This document shows positions 43,286-51,039 of a stretch of 60,054 nt of DNA, piece after piece. Origin of the DNA: Acidimicrobiales bacterium (GTDB lineage Bacteria; Actinomycetota; Acidimicrobiia; Acidimicrobiales; JAUJNH01). The notes beneath the pieces were generated by a model. That model was not told the origin of the DNA. It ran no database searches and worked only from the letters and a program-made list of their open reading frames with translations. The DNA is taken from contig JBBSHS010000003.1 of assembly GCA_038232515.1 (NCBI GenBank), forward strand, positions 1 through 60,054, written 5' to 3'. A program made the position numbers and the translations under genes. Numbering within the stretch: position 1 is the stretch's first letter; each line of letters starts with the position of its first letter.

Positions 43286-44788
43286 TTAGACCTCGGCGTC
43301 CCAGTCGCGGGTTTCGAGAATCTGCCTGACCCGGGCCACGAACGCCGCCGCGTAGGCGCCGTCGAAGGCCCGGTGGTCGAAGGCGAGGGCCACGATGCCG
43401 GTGGGGTGGATGGCGATGCCGTCGGTCCCGTCGGGCAGGGTCACGACCACGGGCCGCTTCTTCACCCCGTCGGTGGACAGGATGGCGGTCTGGGGCTGGT
43501 TGATGACCGGATAGGTGATGAACGTGCCGAACGGCCCGGCGTTGGTGATGGTGAAGGTGCCGCCCACGAGGTCGTCGGGGGACAGCCGCTTGGTCCGAGC
43601 CTTGGCGGCGAGCCCGGAGATCTCCCGGGCAATGGCCCGCAGCCGCTTGGTCTCGGCGTCGCGCACCACGGGGACCAGCAGGCCCTCGAAGGCCAGGTCG
43701 ACGGCGATGCCCAGGTCGACGTAGCGGTGCACGATCAACTGGTCGTCGCCCACGCTGGAGTTGACGTGGGGGAACTCGCCGATGGCGTCGACCACGGACC
43801 GGGCCACGAACGGCAGGTAGGTGAGGCTGGTGCCCTCCTCGGCCCGGAAACGCTCCTGGCGGCTGGCTCGCACGCGGTCGACGCCGGCGTAGTCGACCTC
43901 GACCGACACCAGCGTGTGGGCGCTGACGGCCTTCGACCGCACCATGTGCTCGCCGGTGACCCGGCGGATGCGGGAGAACGGGATGATCTCGTCCCGTCCG
44001 CCGGCTCGGGCTCTCGTAGCCGTCGGCTGGGGCGCCGGAGCCGGGGGCGCAACGGCCGGCCGTGGGACGGCAGCCGGGGCCGATGCCCCGCCTGCGCCGT
44101 CCGTCAGCTTCAACACGTCGCTGCGGGTTATCCGACCGCCTACACCGGTGCCAGGGATGACGGCCGGGTCGAGACCGTGCTCGCTGATCAGCCGGCGCAC
44201 CACCGGGGACAGCAGCGGGGCACCGTTTCCGCCCTGGGCCGGATCGGCGGCGGGCGCAGCCTCGTCGGGATCGGTGGTGGGCTTGGTGGGCTTCCCGGCC
44301 TCGTGACCAGTCGTGTCGGGCCGAGGCGGCGAAGCCGGTGTGACGCCTCCGTCCGGCCCGGGAACGGTACCCGGCGGTCCCGGCTCCCGCCCGCCGGCCG
44401 CCGGCGCCTCGGTGGTGGGCGGCGGCCCGGCCACCTGTTCGGCCACGGGCCCGGGCCCGGCGGCCCCATCCTTGGCCGCCACACCGTCGTCGACCGACGG
44501 GCCGTCGGTCTGCCCGCCAGAAGCCGGGGGCGAACCGTCCCGCTGGCTCGCCTGGGTGGCGGAGATGACGGCCAGCCTGGTGCCGACGTCCACGGTCTGG
44601 CCCTCGCCCACCAGGATCTCCGACAGGTACCCGCCGGTGGGCGACGGCACCTCTGAGTCGACCTTCTCGGTGGAAACCTCGAACAGGACGTCGTCCTCAG
44701 CGACCGGATCACCGATCTGCTTGAGCCACCGGGTGATGGTGCCCTCGGTGACCGTCTCGCCGAGCTGGGGCATCGTGATGTCGGCCAT
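43286..44788 (-). CDS. dlaT: Dihydrolipoamide acyltransferase (E2)
   Basis: One lipoyl domain (EVSTEKVDSE), PSBD (GTGVGGRITRSDV), catalytic DHRAFDG. Confidence 0.92.
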   Translation of the reverse strand: MADITMPQLGETVTEGTITRWLKQIGDPVAEDDVLFEVSTEKVDSEVPSPTGGYLSEILVGEGQTVDVGTRLAVISATQASQRDGSPPASGGQTDGPSVDDGVAAKDGAAGPGPVAEQVAGPPPTTEAPAAGGREPGPPGTVPGPDGGVTPASPPRPDTTGHEAGKPTKPTTDPDEAAPAADPAQGGNGAPLLSPVVRRLISEHGLDPAVIPGTGVGGRITRSDVLKLTDGAGGASAPAAVPRPAVAPPAPAPQPTATRARAGGRDEIIPFSRIRRVTGEHMVRSKAVSAHTLVSVEVDYAGVDRVRASRQERFRAEEGTSLTYLPFVARSVVDAIGEFPHVNSSVGDDQLIVHRYVDLGIAVDLAFEGLLVPVVRDAETKRLRAIAREISGLAAKARTKRLSPDDLVGGTFTITNAGPFGTFITYPVINQPQTAILSTDGVKKRPVVVTLPDGTDGIAIHPTGIVALAFDHRAFDGAYAAAFVARVRQILETRDWDAEV

Positions 44789-46179
44789 CAACTGTTCAGG
44801 CTCCTCCCGGTGAGGGCCAGGACGGCCTCACCGAACGACTCGGACAGGGTCGGGTGGGGTTGGACCAGATGGGCCACCTCGTCGATGGTCGCCTCCCAGT
44901 TGACGGCCAGGTACCCCTGGCCCAGCTGCTCGGTCACCCAGGGCCCGACCATGTGGACCCCCAGGATGCGGCCGGCCCTCCCATCGGGGCCTTTCTCGGC
45001 CACGATCTTGACCAGACCGTCGGTCTCCCCGACGATGATGGCACGGGAGTTGCCCACCATCTTGAGCTTCTCCACCACCACGTCGTAACCGGCGTCGGCG
45101 GCCGCCTCCTCCGTGAGGCCGGCGTAAGCGGCCTCCGGATGGCAGTAGATCGACCACGGCACCTTGTCGTAGTCGACCGCCACCGTCGGTTCGCCGAGGA
45201 TCTCCTTGACGGCGAGGATGGCCTCGGCGTAGCCGACGTGGGCCAACTGGGGGGTGGCCACCAGATCGCCGACGGCGTAGACACCCTGGGCCGACGTGCG
45301 CATGGTGGCATCCACCTTGACGAAGCCGCGCTCGTCGACCTCCACACCGGCGTCCTCGGCCAGCAGCCCGTCCGAGCAGGGCCGCCGGCCGACCGACATC
45401 ACCACGGCATCGACCTCGAGGTCCTCCTGGCCCTCGACGTGCAGGGTGGTACCGCCCTTCGATCCGGGGGTGTGGCCGGTCACCTTGGCTCCCACCTTGA
45501 TGGTGATGCCCCGGCGCTCGAAGGCCCGGAGCACAACGGCGGCGATGTCGGTGTCGACGCCGGTCATGATGCGGGGCAGGAACTCGACGAGGGTCACCTC
45601 GGACCCCAGATCGCACAGCAGGCTGGCGAACTCGCAGCCGATGACGCCGCCGCCCACCACCGCCGTCCGGCGGGGCAGAGCGGCGAGCGAGAGGAACTCG
45701 TCCGAGGTCATGACCAGAGAGCCGTCGACGTCGAATCCGGGCAGCGTCCGCGGCACCGAGCCGGCGGCCAGGATGACGGCGTCGGCCGTGAGCTCGGTAC
45801 CGTCGTCGACCCGCACGGTGCGGTCGGGGTGCAGCACCCCCGTGCCGTGCACGACGGTGACCTTGCGTCGTTTCATCAGACCCTGCAGGCCCTTCCACAG
45901 CTGGTCGACCACCTGCTGCTTGCGCTGCTGGGACACGGCGAAGTCGAGCTCCGGGGCCGAGGCGTTGACGCCGTAGGCGACCGCGCCCCGCACCGTGCGG
46001 AACACCGTGGCCGTCTCGAGGAACTCCTTGGCCGGGATGCAGCCCCGGTGCAGGCACGTGCCGCCGACCTTGTCCTTCTCGACGACCGCCATCTTCAGTC
46101 CGGCGGATGCACCGTACAGGGCGGCTGCGTACCCGCCGGGACCGCCACCAACCACGACGACGTCGAACTTCTCGGCCAG
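44788..46179 (-). CDS. lpdA: Dihydrolipoyl dehydrogenase (E3)
   Basis: GGGPGGY, GGTCLHRGCIPAK, HPTLSE. Start inferred at CTG 46179, 8 nt after GGAGGT. Confidence 0.95.
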   Translation of the reverse strand: MAEKFDVVVVGGGPGGYAAALYGASAGLKMAVVEKDKVGGTCLHRGCIPAKEFLETATVFRTVRGAVAYGVNASAPELDFAVSQQRKQQVVDQLWKGLQGLMKRRKVTVVHGTGVLHPDRTVRVDDGTELTADAVILAAGSVPRTLPGFDVDGSLVMTSDEFLSLAALPRRTAVVGGGVIGCEFASLLCDLGSEVTLVEFLPRIMTGVDTDIAAVVLRAFERRGITIKVGAKVTGHTPGSKGGTTLHVEGQEDLEVDAVVMSVGRRPCSDGLLAEDAGVEVDERGFVKVDATMRTSAQGVYAVGDLVATPQLAHVGYAEAILAVKEILGEPTVAVDYDKVPWSIYCHPEAAYAGLTEEAAADAGYDVVVEKLKMVGNSRAIIVGETDGLVKIVAEKGPDGRAGRILGVHMVGPWVTEQLGQGYLAVNWEATIDEVAHLVQPHPTLSESFGEAVLALTGRSLNS

Positions 46180-46259
46180 GGGGAACCACCTCCGGTATCT
46201 GAGAGACCGGCTGCATCGTACCGATGCACGGGTGCCAGCCTCTATGGGCTCCGGGACTG

Positions 46260-46415
46260 CTATCCGACAGTGGTGCTCGTGGCGCCGGGGGGAAGGACGG
46301 GCGGCAACCTCGATGCCGGCTCCTGGCGCGCCACCTGGTTCAGCAGGATGGCGCCGGCCACGAGGATGGCCAACCCCGTCACCAGCGCGACCACGATCAA
46401 CCGCCGGGTGCTCAC
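46260..46415 (-). CDS. Small single-TM protein (51 aa)
   Basis: Below the ORF-track cutoff: MSTRRLIVVALVTGLAILVAGAILLNQVARQEPASRLPPVLPPGATSTTVG. Confidence 0.6.
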   Translation of the reverse strand: MSTRRLIVVALVTGLAILVAGAILLNQVARQEPASRLPPVLPPGATSTTVG

Positions 46416-46610
46416 CCGGCCACCGCCGCATCACTACAACCAGTGCTGCCCGGGCGGTCGGCACACTGCGGGCCAGGCGGGCCCGGCGCGGCGGCGATCG
46501 GGGCGCCGGCACCGGTGGTCACAGAGCAGCGACGCTATCGCCGGCTCGGGGCCGGGTCCGGTCCTGTCCTGTCACACCGCCGGCGAGCCCGGTAGGATGG
46601 GCCCAACGTC

Positions 46611-46701
46611 GCGCAGGGGAGCCCGGTGGCCCGGGCTGAGAGGGGACCAGCCAGGTCCCGACCCTCGAACCGGCCCGGTCATGCGGGCATGAGGGAGCCG
46701 C
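46611..46701 (+). ncRNA. TPP riboswitch
   Basis: GGGAGCCC..GGGCTGAGAG..GACCCTCGAACC..GGTCATGC..AGGGAG directly upstream of thiG and downstream of a TAGGAT -10 (46593-46598). Confidence 0.88.
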
Positions 46702-46753
46702 AAGTGTCGGATGCAGGGGCTCGGATGAGCCGCAAGGCCCAGGGCAACGGCTG

Positions 46754-47560
46754 ATGACCGCTCCCATGGAAGTGGCACCAGCCGAGCTGGGAGTCGCCGA
46801 CCCGCTGCTGCTCGGAGGGCGGAGCTTCACGTCCCGACTGCTGCTGGGCACGGGCAAGTTCCCGTCCAACGCCTCGCTGCGGGGCGCCATCGAAGCCTCC
46901 GGGTCACAGATCGTGACCGTCGCCCTGCGCCGGATCGATCCGACGGCCGAGGAGGACATCCTCGGCGCCCTGCCCGAGGGCGTGCTCCTGCTGGTGAACA
47001 CCAGCGGTGCGGTCGACGCCGACGAGGCGGTCCGTCTGGCCCGCCTGGCCCGCTCCGGCGGGGCACCGGCCTGGGTCAAGGTGGAGGTGACCCCCGACCC
47101 TCGCTACCTGCTCCCCGACCCGGTCGAGACGCTGCGGGCCAGCGAGCGGCTCGTGGCCGACGGCTTCACGGTGCTGCCGTACTGCCCGGCCGACCCGATC
47201 CTGTGCCGCCACCTCGAAGAGGCGGGCTGTGCGGCGGTGATGCCGCTCGGTTCGTGGATCGGCTCGAACCAGGGGCTGCGCACCCGGCCCGCGCTCGAGA
47301 TCATCGTGGAGCAGGCTGGCGTGCCTGTCATCGTCGACGCCGGGCTGGGAGCTCCGTCCCACGCCGCCGAGGCGATCGAGCTGGGGGCCGATGCCGTGCT
47401 CGTCAACACCGCCATCGGCACAGCCGACGACCCGGCGGCCATGGCCGGCGCCTTCCGGCTGGCGGTGGAGGCGGGGCGGACCGGGCGCCGAGCCGGCCTG
47501 GCCGGGAGCCGCTCCCGGGCCTCGGCCTCGTCTCCCCTGACCGGCTTTCTCGGCCCATGA
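46754..47560 (+). CDS. thiG: Thiazole synthase
   Basis: [39 protein letters not shown]. Confidence 0.96.
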   Translation: MTAPMEVAPAELGVADPLLLGGRSFTSRLLLGTGKFPSNASLRGAIEASGSQIVTVALRRIDPTAEEDILGALPEGVLLLVNTSGAVDADEAVRLARLARSGGAPAWVKVEVTPDPRYLLPDPVETLRASERLVADGFTVLPYCPADPILCRHLEEAGCAAVMPLGSWIGSNQGLRTRPALEIIVEQAGVPVIVDAGLGAPSHAAEAIELGADAVLVNTAIGTADDPAAMAGAFRLAVEAGRTGRRAGLAGSRSRASASSPLTGFLGP

Positions 47561-48717
47561 GCCCCCGCACACCGGTAGAGCTCACCTCACGGGCCCATGA
47601 GGTCCCACCCGGCTCGGCTGCCGCCGACGTCGTCGCCGCCGACATCGGCGCACTGAGGGCCAAGGTCGACCGGGCCACGGACGCAGACGTCGATCGCGTG
47701 CTGCGAGGGGGCCCGGCACATGCCCTGGACCTGCCGGTGCTGCTGTCGGCGGCGGCCGCCGACCGCCTCGAGGAACTGGCCCAGGCCGCCCATCGCCTCA
47801 CGCTGCAGCGCTTCGGCCGCGGGGTACGCCTGTTCGCCCCGCTCTACCTGTCCAACGAGTGCGTGAGCGTGTGCACCTACTGCGGCTTCTCGGCCGGCAA
47901 CGCCATCGCCCGGCGGACGCTGGCCGTCGACGAGGTGGTGGCCGAGGGCCGTGAGCTGGTGGCCCGCGGCCTGCGCTCGGTGCTCCTGGTGGCGGGCGAG
48001 CACGCCCGGATCATCAGCAAGGATTATCTGGTCGACTGCGTGACGGCGCTGGCGCCCCTGGTCCCCCAGCTGGCGGTCGAGACCCAGGTGTGGGACGGCG
48101 ACACCTATCGCCGGCTGGTGGCGGCGGGGTGCGACGGGCTGGTCGTGTACCAGGAGTCCTACGACCGCGGCACGTACGGCGAAGTCCACCTGAAAGGCAA
48201 GAAGCGCAACTACGAGTGGCGGCTCGCTGCGCCCGACCGGGCGGCCGAGGCCGGCATGCGGCGCCTGGGCATCGGCGCCCTGCTCGGCCTGCACGCCGAC
48301 TGGAGGGCCGAGGCCATCGCCATGGCCGTGCACGCCGAGGCGCTGTGCCGGCGCTGGTGGCGGGCCGAGGTGTCCATGGGGCTTCCCCGGTTGCGGCCGG
48401 CGGCCGGGGGCTACGAGCCGGTCGACCCCGTCGGCGACCGCGACTTCGTCCAGTTGCTGTGTGCCCTGCGACTGTGCCTGCCCGATGTCGGGGTTTCGCT
48501 GTCGACCCGTGAGGGGCCGGCGTTGCGGGACGCGCTGGCCCATCTCGGGGTCACCACCATGTCGGCCGGCTCCCACACCGAGCCCGGCGGCTACTCGGCT
48601 TCTTCGGCGGCCGAGCCGCAGTTCGAGGTGAGCGACACGCGCTCGCCCATGGACGTGGCCGCCGCCCTGCGCACTGCCGGTTACGACCCGGTGTGGAAGG
48701 ACTGGCAGCGCACCTGA
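47557..48717 (+). CDS. thiH: 2-iminoacetate synthase (radical SAM tyrosine lyase)
   Basis: ATGA-coupled to thiG; [48 protein letters not shown]. Confidence 0.94.
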   Translation: MSPRTPVELTSRAHEVPPGSAAADVVAADIGALRAKVDRATDADVDRVLRGGPAHALDLPVLLSAAAADRLEELAQAAHRLTLQRFGRGVRLFAPLYLSNECVSVCTYCGFSAGNAIARRTLAVDEVVAEGRELVARGLRSVLLVAGEHARIISKDYLVDCVTALAPLVPQLAVETQVWDGDTYRRLVAAGCDGLVVYQESYDRGTYGEVHLKGKKRNYEWRLAAPDRAAEAGMRRLGIGALLGLHADWRAEAIAMAVHAEALCRRWWRAEVSMGLPRLRPAAGGYEPVDPVGDRDFVQLLCALRLCLPDVGVSLSTREGPALRDALAHLGVTTMSAGSHTEPGGYSASSAAEPQFEVSDTRSPMDVAAALRTAGYDPVWKDWQRT

Positions 48718-48733
48718 GCGACGGGGCGAACCG

Positions 48734-48804
48734 CGAGATTGGGTGGCCACGTGGCCTTCGCCGGCCAAATCGGCTCGTGAAGGCCACCCCACGACCCAAT
48801 CTCG
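48734..48804. repeat. 71-bp palindromic repeat, family A copy 2
   Basis: See 2090-2160; lies between convergent thiH and the HugZ-like gene. Confidence 0.85.
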
Positions 48805-48822
48805 ACGGTCACCGCACGCCGA

Positions 48823-49644
48823 CTACGGCTGTGCGCGGGCCTCGTGGAGCATGCCGACGAGCTCGCGGCGGACGTTGTCGCCGGTCTCCTGCGCGGTGCG
48901 GAACCCTATGCGCAATGGGGCCCGCCTGTCGCCGCCCAGGTCGGCCACGACCTCGAAGCCGTACCGGTCGACTGCGGTCATGGACGCCGCCACCACGTCG
49001 CCCCGCCCGGCGAAGTGGTGCGAGAGCGTGACCAGCGCGTCGGCGTGATCGGCGTTCATGTGGCCGATGATGCCGGCCGCGGCCGGGACCAGCGGGTCTG
49101 GCTCGGCCGCCGCGTACCCGCTGGCGTCGACCCAGCTCATGCGGCCGAAGCCGCCGACGTAGCGGACGCTGGCCACCTCGAGCCGCAGGCAGCGGAAGTC
49201 GCCATAGTCGACATAGAATGCGCCGGGGTTGGCGGCCAGGTAGCCGGCGCGGGCGGCGGCCCGCTCGTCGGGGTCGACGACCTCGGCCACCTCGCCCAGC
49301 AGCGTCACCCGCCCCGAGGCCAACGGATCAGCCCCGGCCGGGGTGTCCTCGACCACCAGCAGGCTGGCCCGCGGGTCGGCGTCGAGATTGCGGGTGTGCT
49401 CGGCCATGGTGCTCACGAAAAATGACGGTCGGCCCCGCGGGTCGACGCCGTAGGTCACCACCGATCCGAACGGCGTGCCCGCGGGCTCGACGGCCAGGGT
49501 CGAAAGCGCGCCCCGGGGCTGACCGGCCACCAGGGTGCGGGCCCGTTCGGCGTGGGTCGGCTCAGGCGGCGGCTGCGACACCGGCGCGCCCGGCGGGGCG
49601 CCCGGCTCGGGCTCGTATCCGGGGATGATGTGGCCGGCGCTCAC
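48823..49644 (-). CDS. HugZ-like pyridoxamine 5'-phosphate oxidase family protein with DUF2470
   Basis: PFGS, STMAEHTRNL, YVGGFGRM.WV, IIGHMNADH, VDRYG. Confidence 0.88.
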   Translation of the reverse strand: MSAGHIIPGYEPEPGAPPGAPVSQPPPEPTHAERARTLVAGQPRGALSTLAVEPAGTPFGSVVTYGVDPRGRPSFFVSTMAEHTRNLDADPRASLLVVEDTPAGADPLASGRVTLLGEVAEVVDPDERAAARAGYLAANPGAFYVDYGDFRCLRLEVASVRYVGGFGRMSWVDASGYAAAEPDPLVPAAAGIIGHMNADHADALVTLSHHFAGRGDVVAASMTAVDRYGFEVVADLGGDRRAPLRIGFRTAQETGDNVRRELVGMLHEARAQP

Positions 49645-49695
49645 GATTCGACCGCGACGCTACCAGGCAGCCGCGGCCCCGTCCGCGAACTATCG

Positions 49696-49766
49696 CGAGA
49701 TTGGGTGAGCTGGTGGCCTTCACGGGCCGAAAACGGCCGTGAAGGCCACCGCCCGACCCAATCTCG
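49696..49766. repeat. 71-bp palindromic repeat, family A copy 3
   Basis: Same 11-bp outer and 9-bp inner stems; loops diverged. Confidence 0.85.
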
Positions 49767-49801
49767 CGAGACGGCGTCTGCGCCGGCGCCCCCACCCGGC
49801 G

Positions 49802-50959
49802 CTACGGCTCGACTCTCCAGACCTCCTCCTCGCCGAGGTGGTCCTGCAACGACCGGACGAGGCGACCAACGGCCTCGTCCCTGCCGTCCCACACCACCGC
49901 GGCGCAGTGAGCGTGGCGGGCCAGCCAGGCGTCGCGCCGGGCCAGGGCAGCGCCGGCACGGTTGCGGTTGCCGGGTGCCTCCGGCGACACCACCACCCGC
50001 TCACGGGCCCCCCCGACCAGCGCCCGATAGCGCTGCTGGGAGGCGGGGGGCCAGACCTTCTCGGGGTCGGGATAGGCCAGAACGGCCACGTAGGGCAGAC
50101 CGGCTTGGACCGCGGCCTCGACGCCGATCTGCTCGGCACCCAGACCGAGACCGGAGAGCACTACCAGATCGGGATGCAGTTGTTGCTGGGCGACCAGGAT
50201 CTCGGCCAGGCGGCGACGGGTACGGTCGGCCACCGGGTTGGGGGCGTACCCGCCGATGCCGGGCGGGCGCAGGCCGGCCACCACCACCCGGTAACCGGCC
50301 GGCACGGCCATGTCCGCGCTCTTGGCGCTCTTGACGCTGTTGGCGCTCTTGGCGGTCTGCCCGGCGAGCGTATCGGCCGCATCGAGTGGGTCGGGGGAGT
50401 CGGGCGCATCGGGGCCATCGGGGCCCCGGGGGGCGTCGTCGGGGCTGGCCATCCGATTCGGCCGCGAGGGGCCGCCGGGCACGGCATCGGCCGGCCCCAG
50501 GCCGGTCGGAGGTGCGTCGCCGTCGTCGGCCCGCTGCGTGACGGCGGCGGCCACGGCCAGCCGGTCGACCACGTCGTTCATGGCGTCGGCGCTGTGGCCC
50601 TTGACCCAGCGGAACCTGAGCCGGTTGGGGTCGACCAGGTAGGCGCCGACCAGGGGTTCCCACAGGTCGCGGTTGGCCACCGGCTCCTTCTTGGAGTTGA
50701 CCCAGCCCCGCCGCATCCAGCCCTCGAACCACCGGTCCCGGAAGCAGTTCACGACATAGGTCGAGTCGCTGACGACCTCCACCGGGCCGGTCAGGGTGCG
50801 TACCGCGTCCAGTGCCGCCGACAATTCCATCCGCTGGTTGGTGGAGTGGGCCTCGCACCCGGTTCGCCACCGGCCCTCGGGCACGGCCCACGCCCAACCG
50901 CCCGGCCCGGGGTTCCCCGAACAGGCACCGTCGGTGTAGACGGTCGTCGTGTCCTCCAC
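49802..50959 (-). CDS. rnhA: Ribonuclease HI fused to a YspA/DUF1273-like SLOG domain
   Basis: YTDGACSGNPGPGG, TNQRMEL, SDSTYV, WVKGH (RNase HI); repeat linker; C-terminal GLRPPGIGGY, LSGLGLGAEQ, W..ASQQRY, VVWDG. Confidence 0.88.
   Translation of the reverse strand: MEDTTTVYTDGACSGNPGPGGWAWAVPEGRWRTGCEAHSTNQRMELSAALDAVRTLTGPVEVVSDSTYVVNCFRDRWFEGWMRRGWVNSKKEPVANRDLWEPLVGAYLVDPNRLRFRWVKGHSADAMNDVVDRLAVAAAVTQRADDGDAPPTGLGPADAVPGGPSRPNRMASPDDAPRGPDGPDAPDSPDPLDAADTLAGQTAKSANSVKSAKSADMAVPAGYRVVVAGLRPPGIGGYAPNPVADRTRRRLAEILVAQQQLHPDLVVLSGLGLGAEQIGVEAAVQAGLPYVAVLAYPDPEKVWPPASQQRYRALVGGARERVVVSPEAPGNRNRAGAALARRDAWLARHAHCAAVVWDGRDEAVGRLVRSLQDHLGEEEVWRVEP
50318..50353. repeat. 9-bp tandem repeat x4 in the RNase H linker (AKS-ANS-VKS-AKS)
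   Basis: GCTCTTGGC / GCTCTTGAC / GCTGTTGGC / GCTCTTGGC. Confidence 0.8.
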
Positions 50960-51039
50960 GGAGGCCGAAGGGTAACGGGCTCGTGAAGTCCTCGGTCCGA
51001 AGGACGGCCCACCGGTCGTCCAGCGCGAGTATGGGGCCG

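Noticed and set aside
46570-46598. PafBC-type DNA-damage promoter (TGTC...TAGGAT)
   Set aside because: The spacing is too long for the TGTCGG-N10-TANNNT pattern; it is more simply the thiG promoter.
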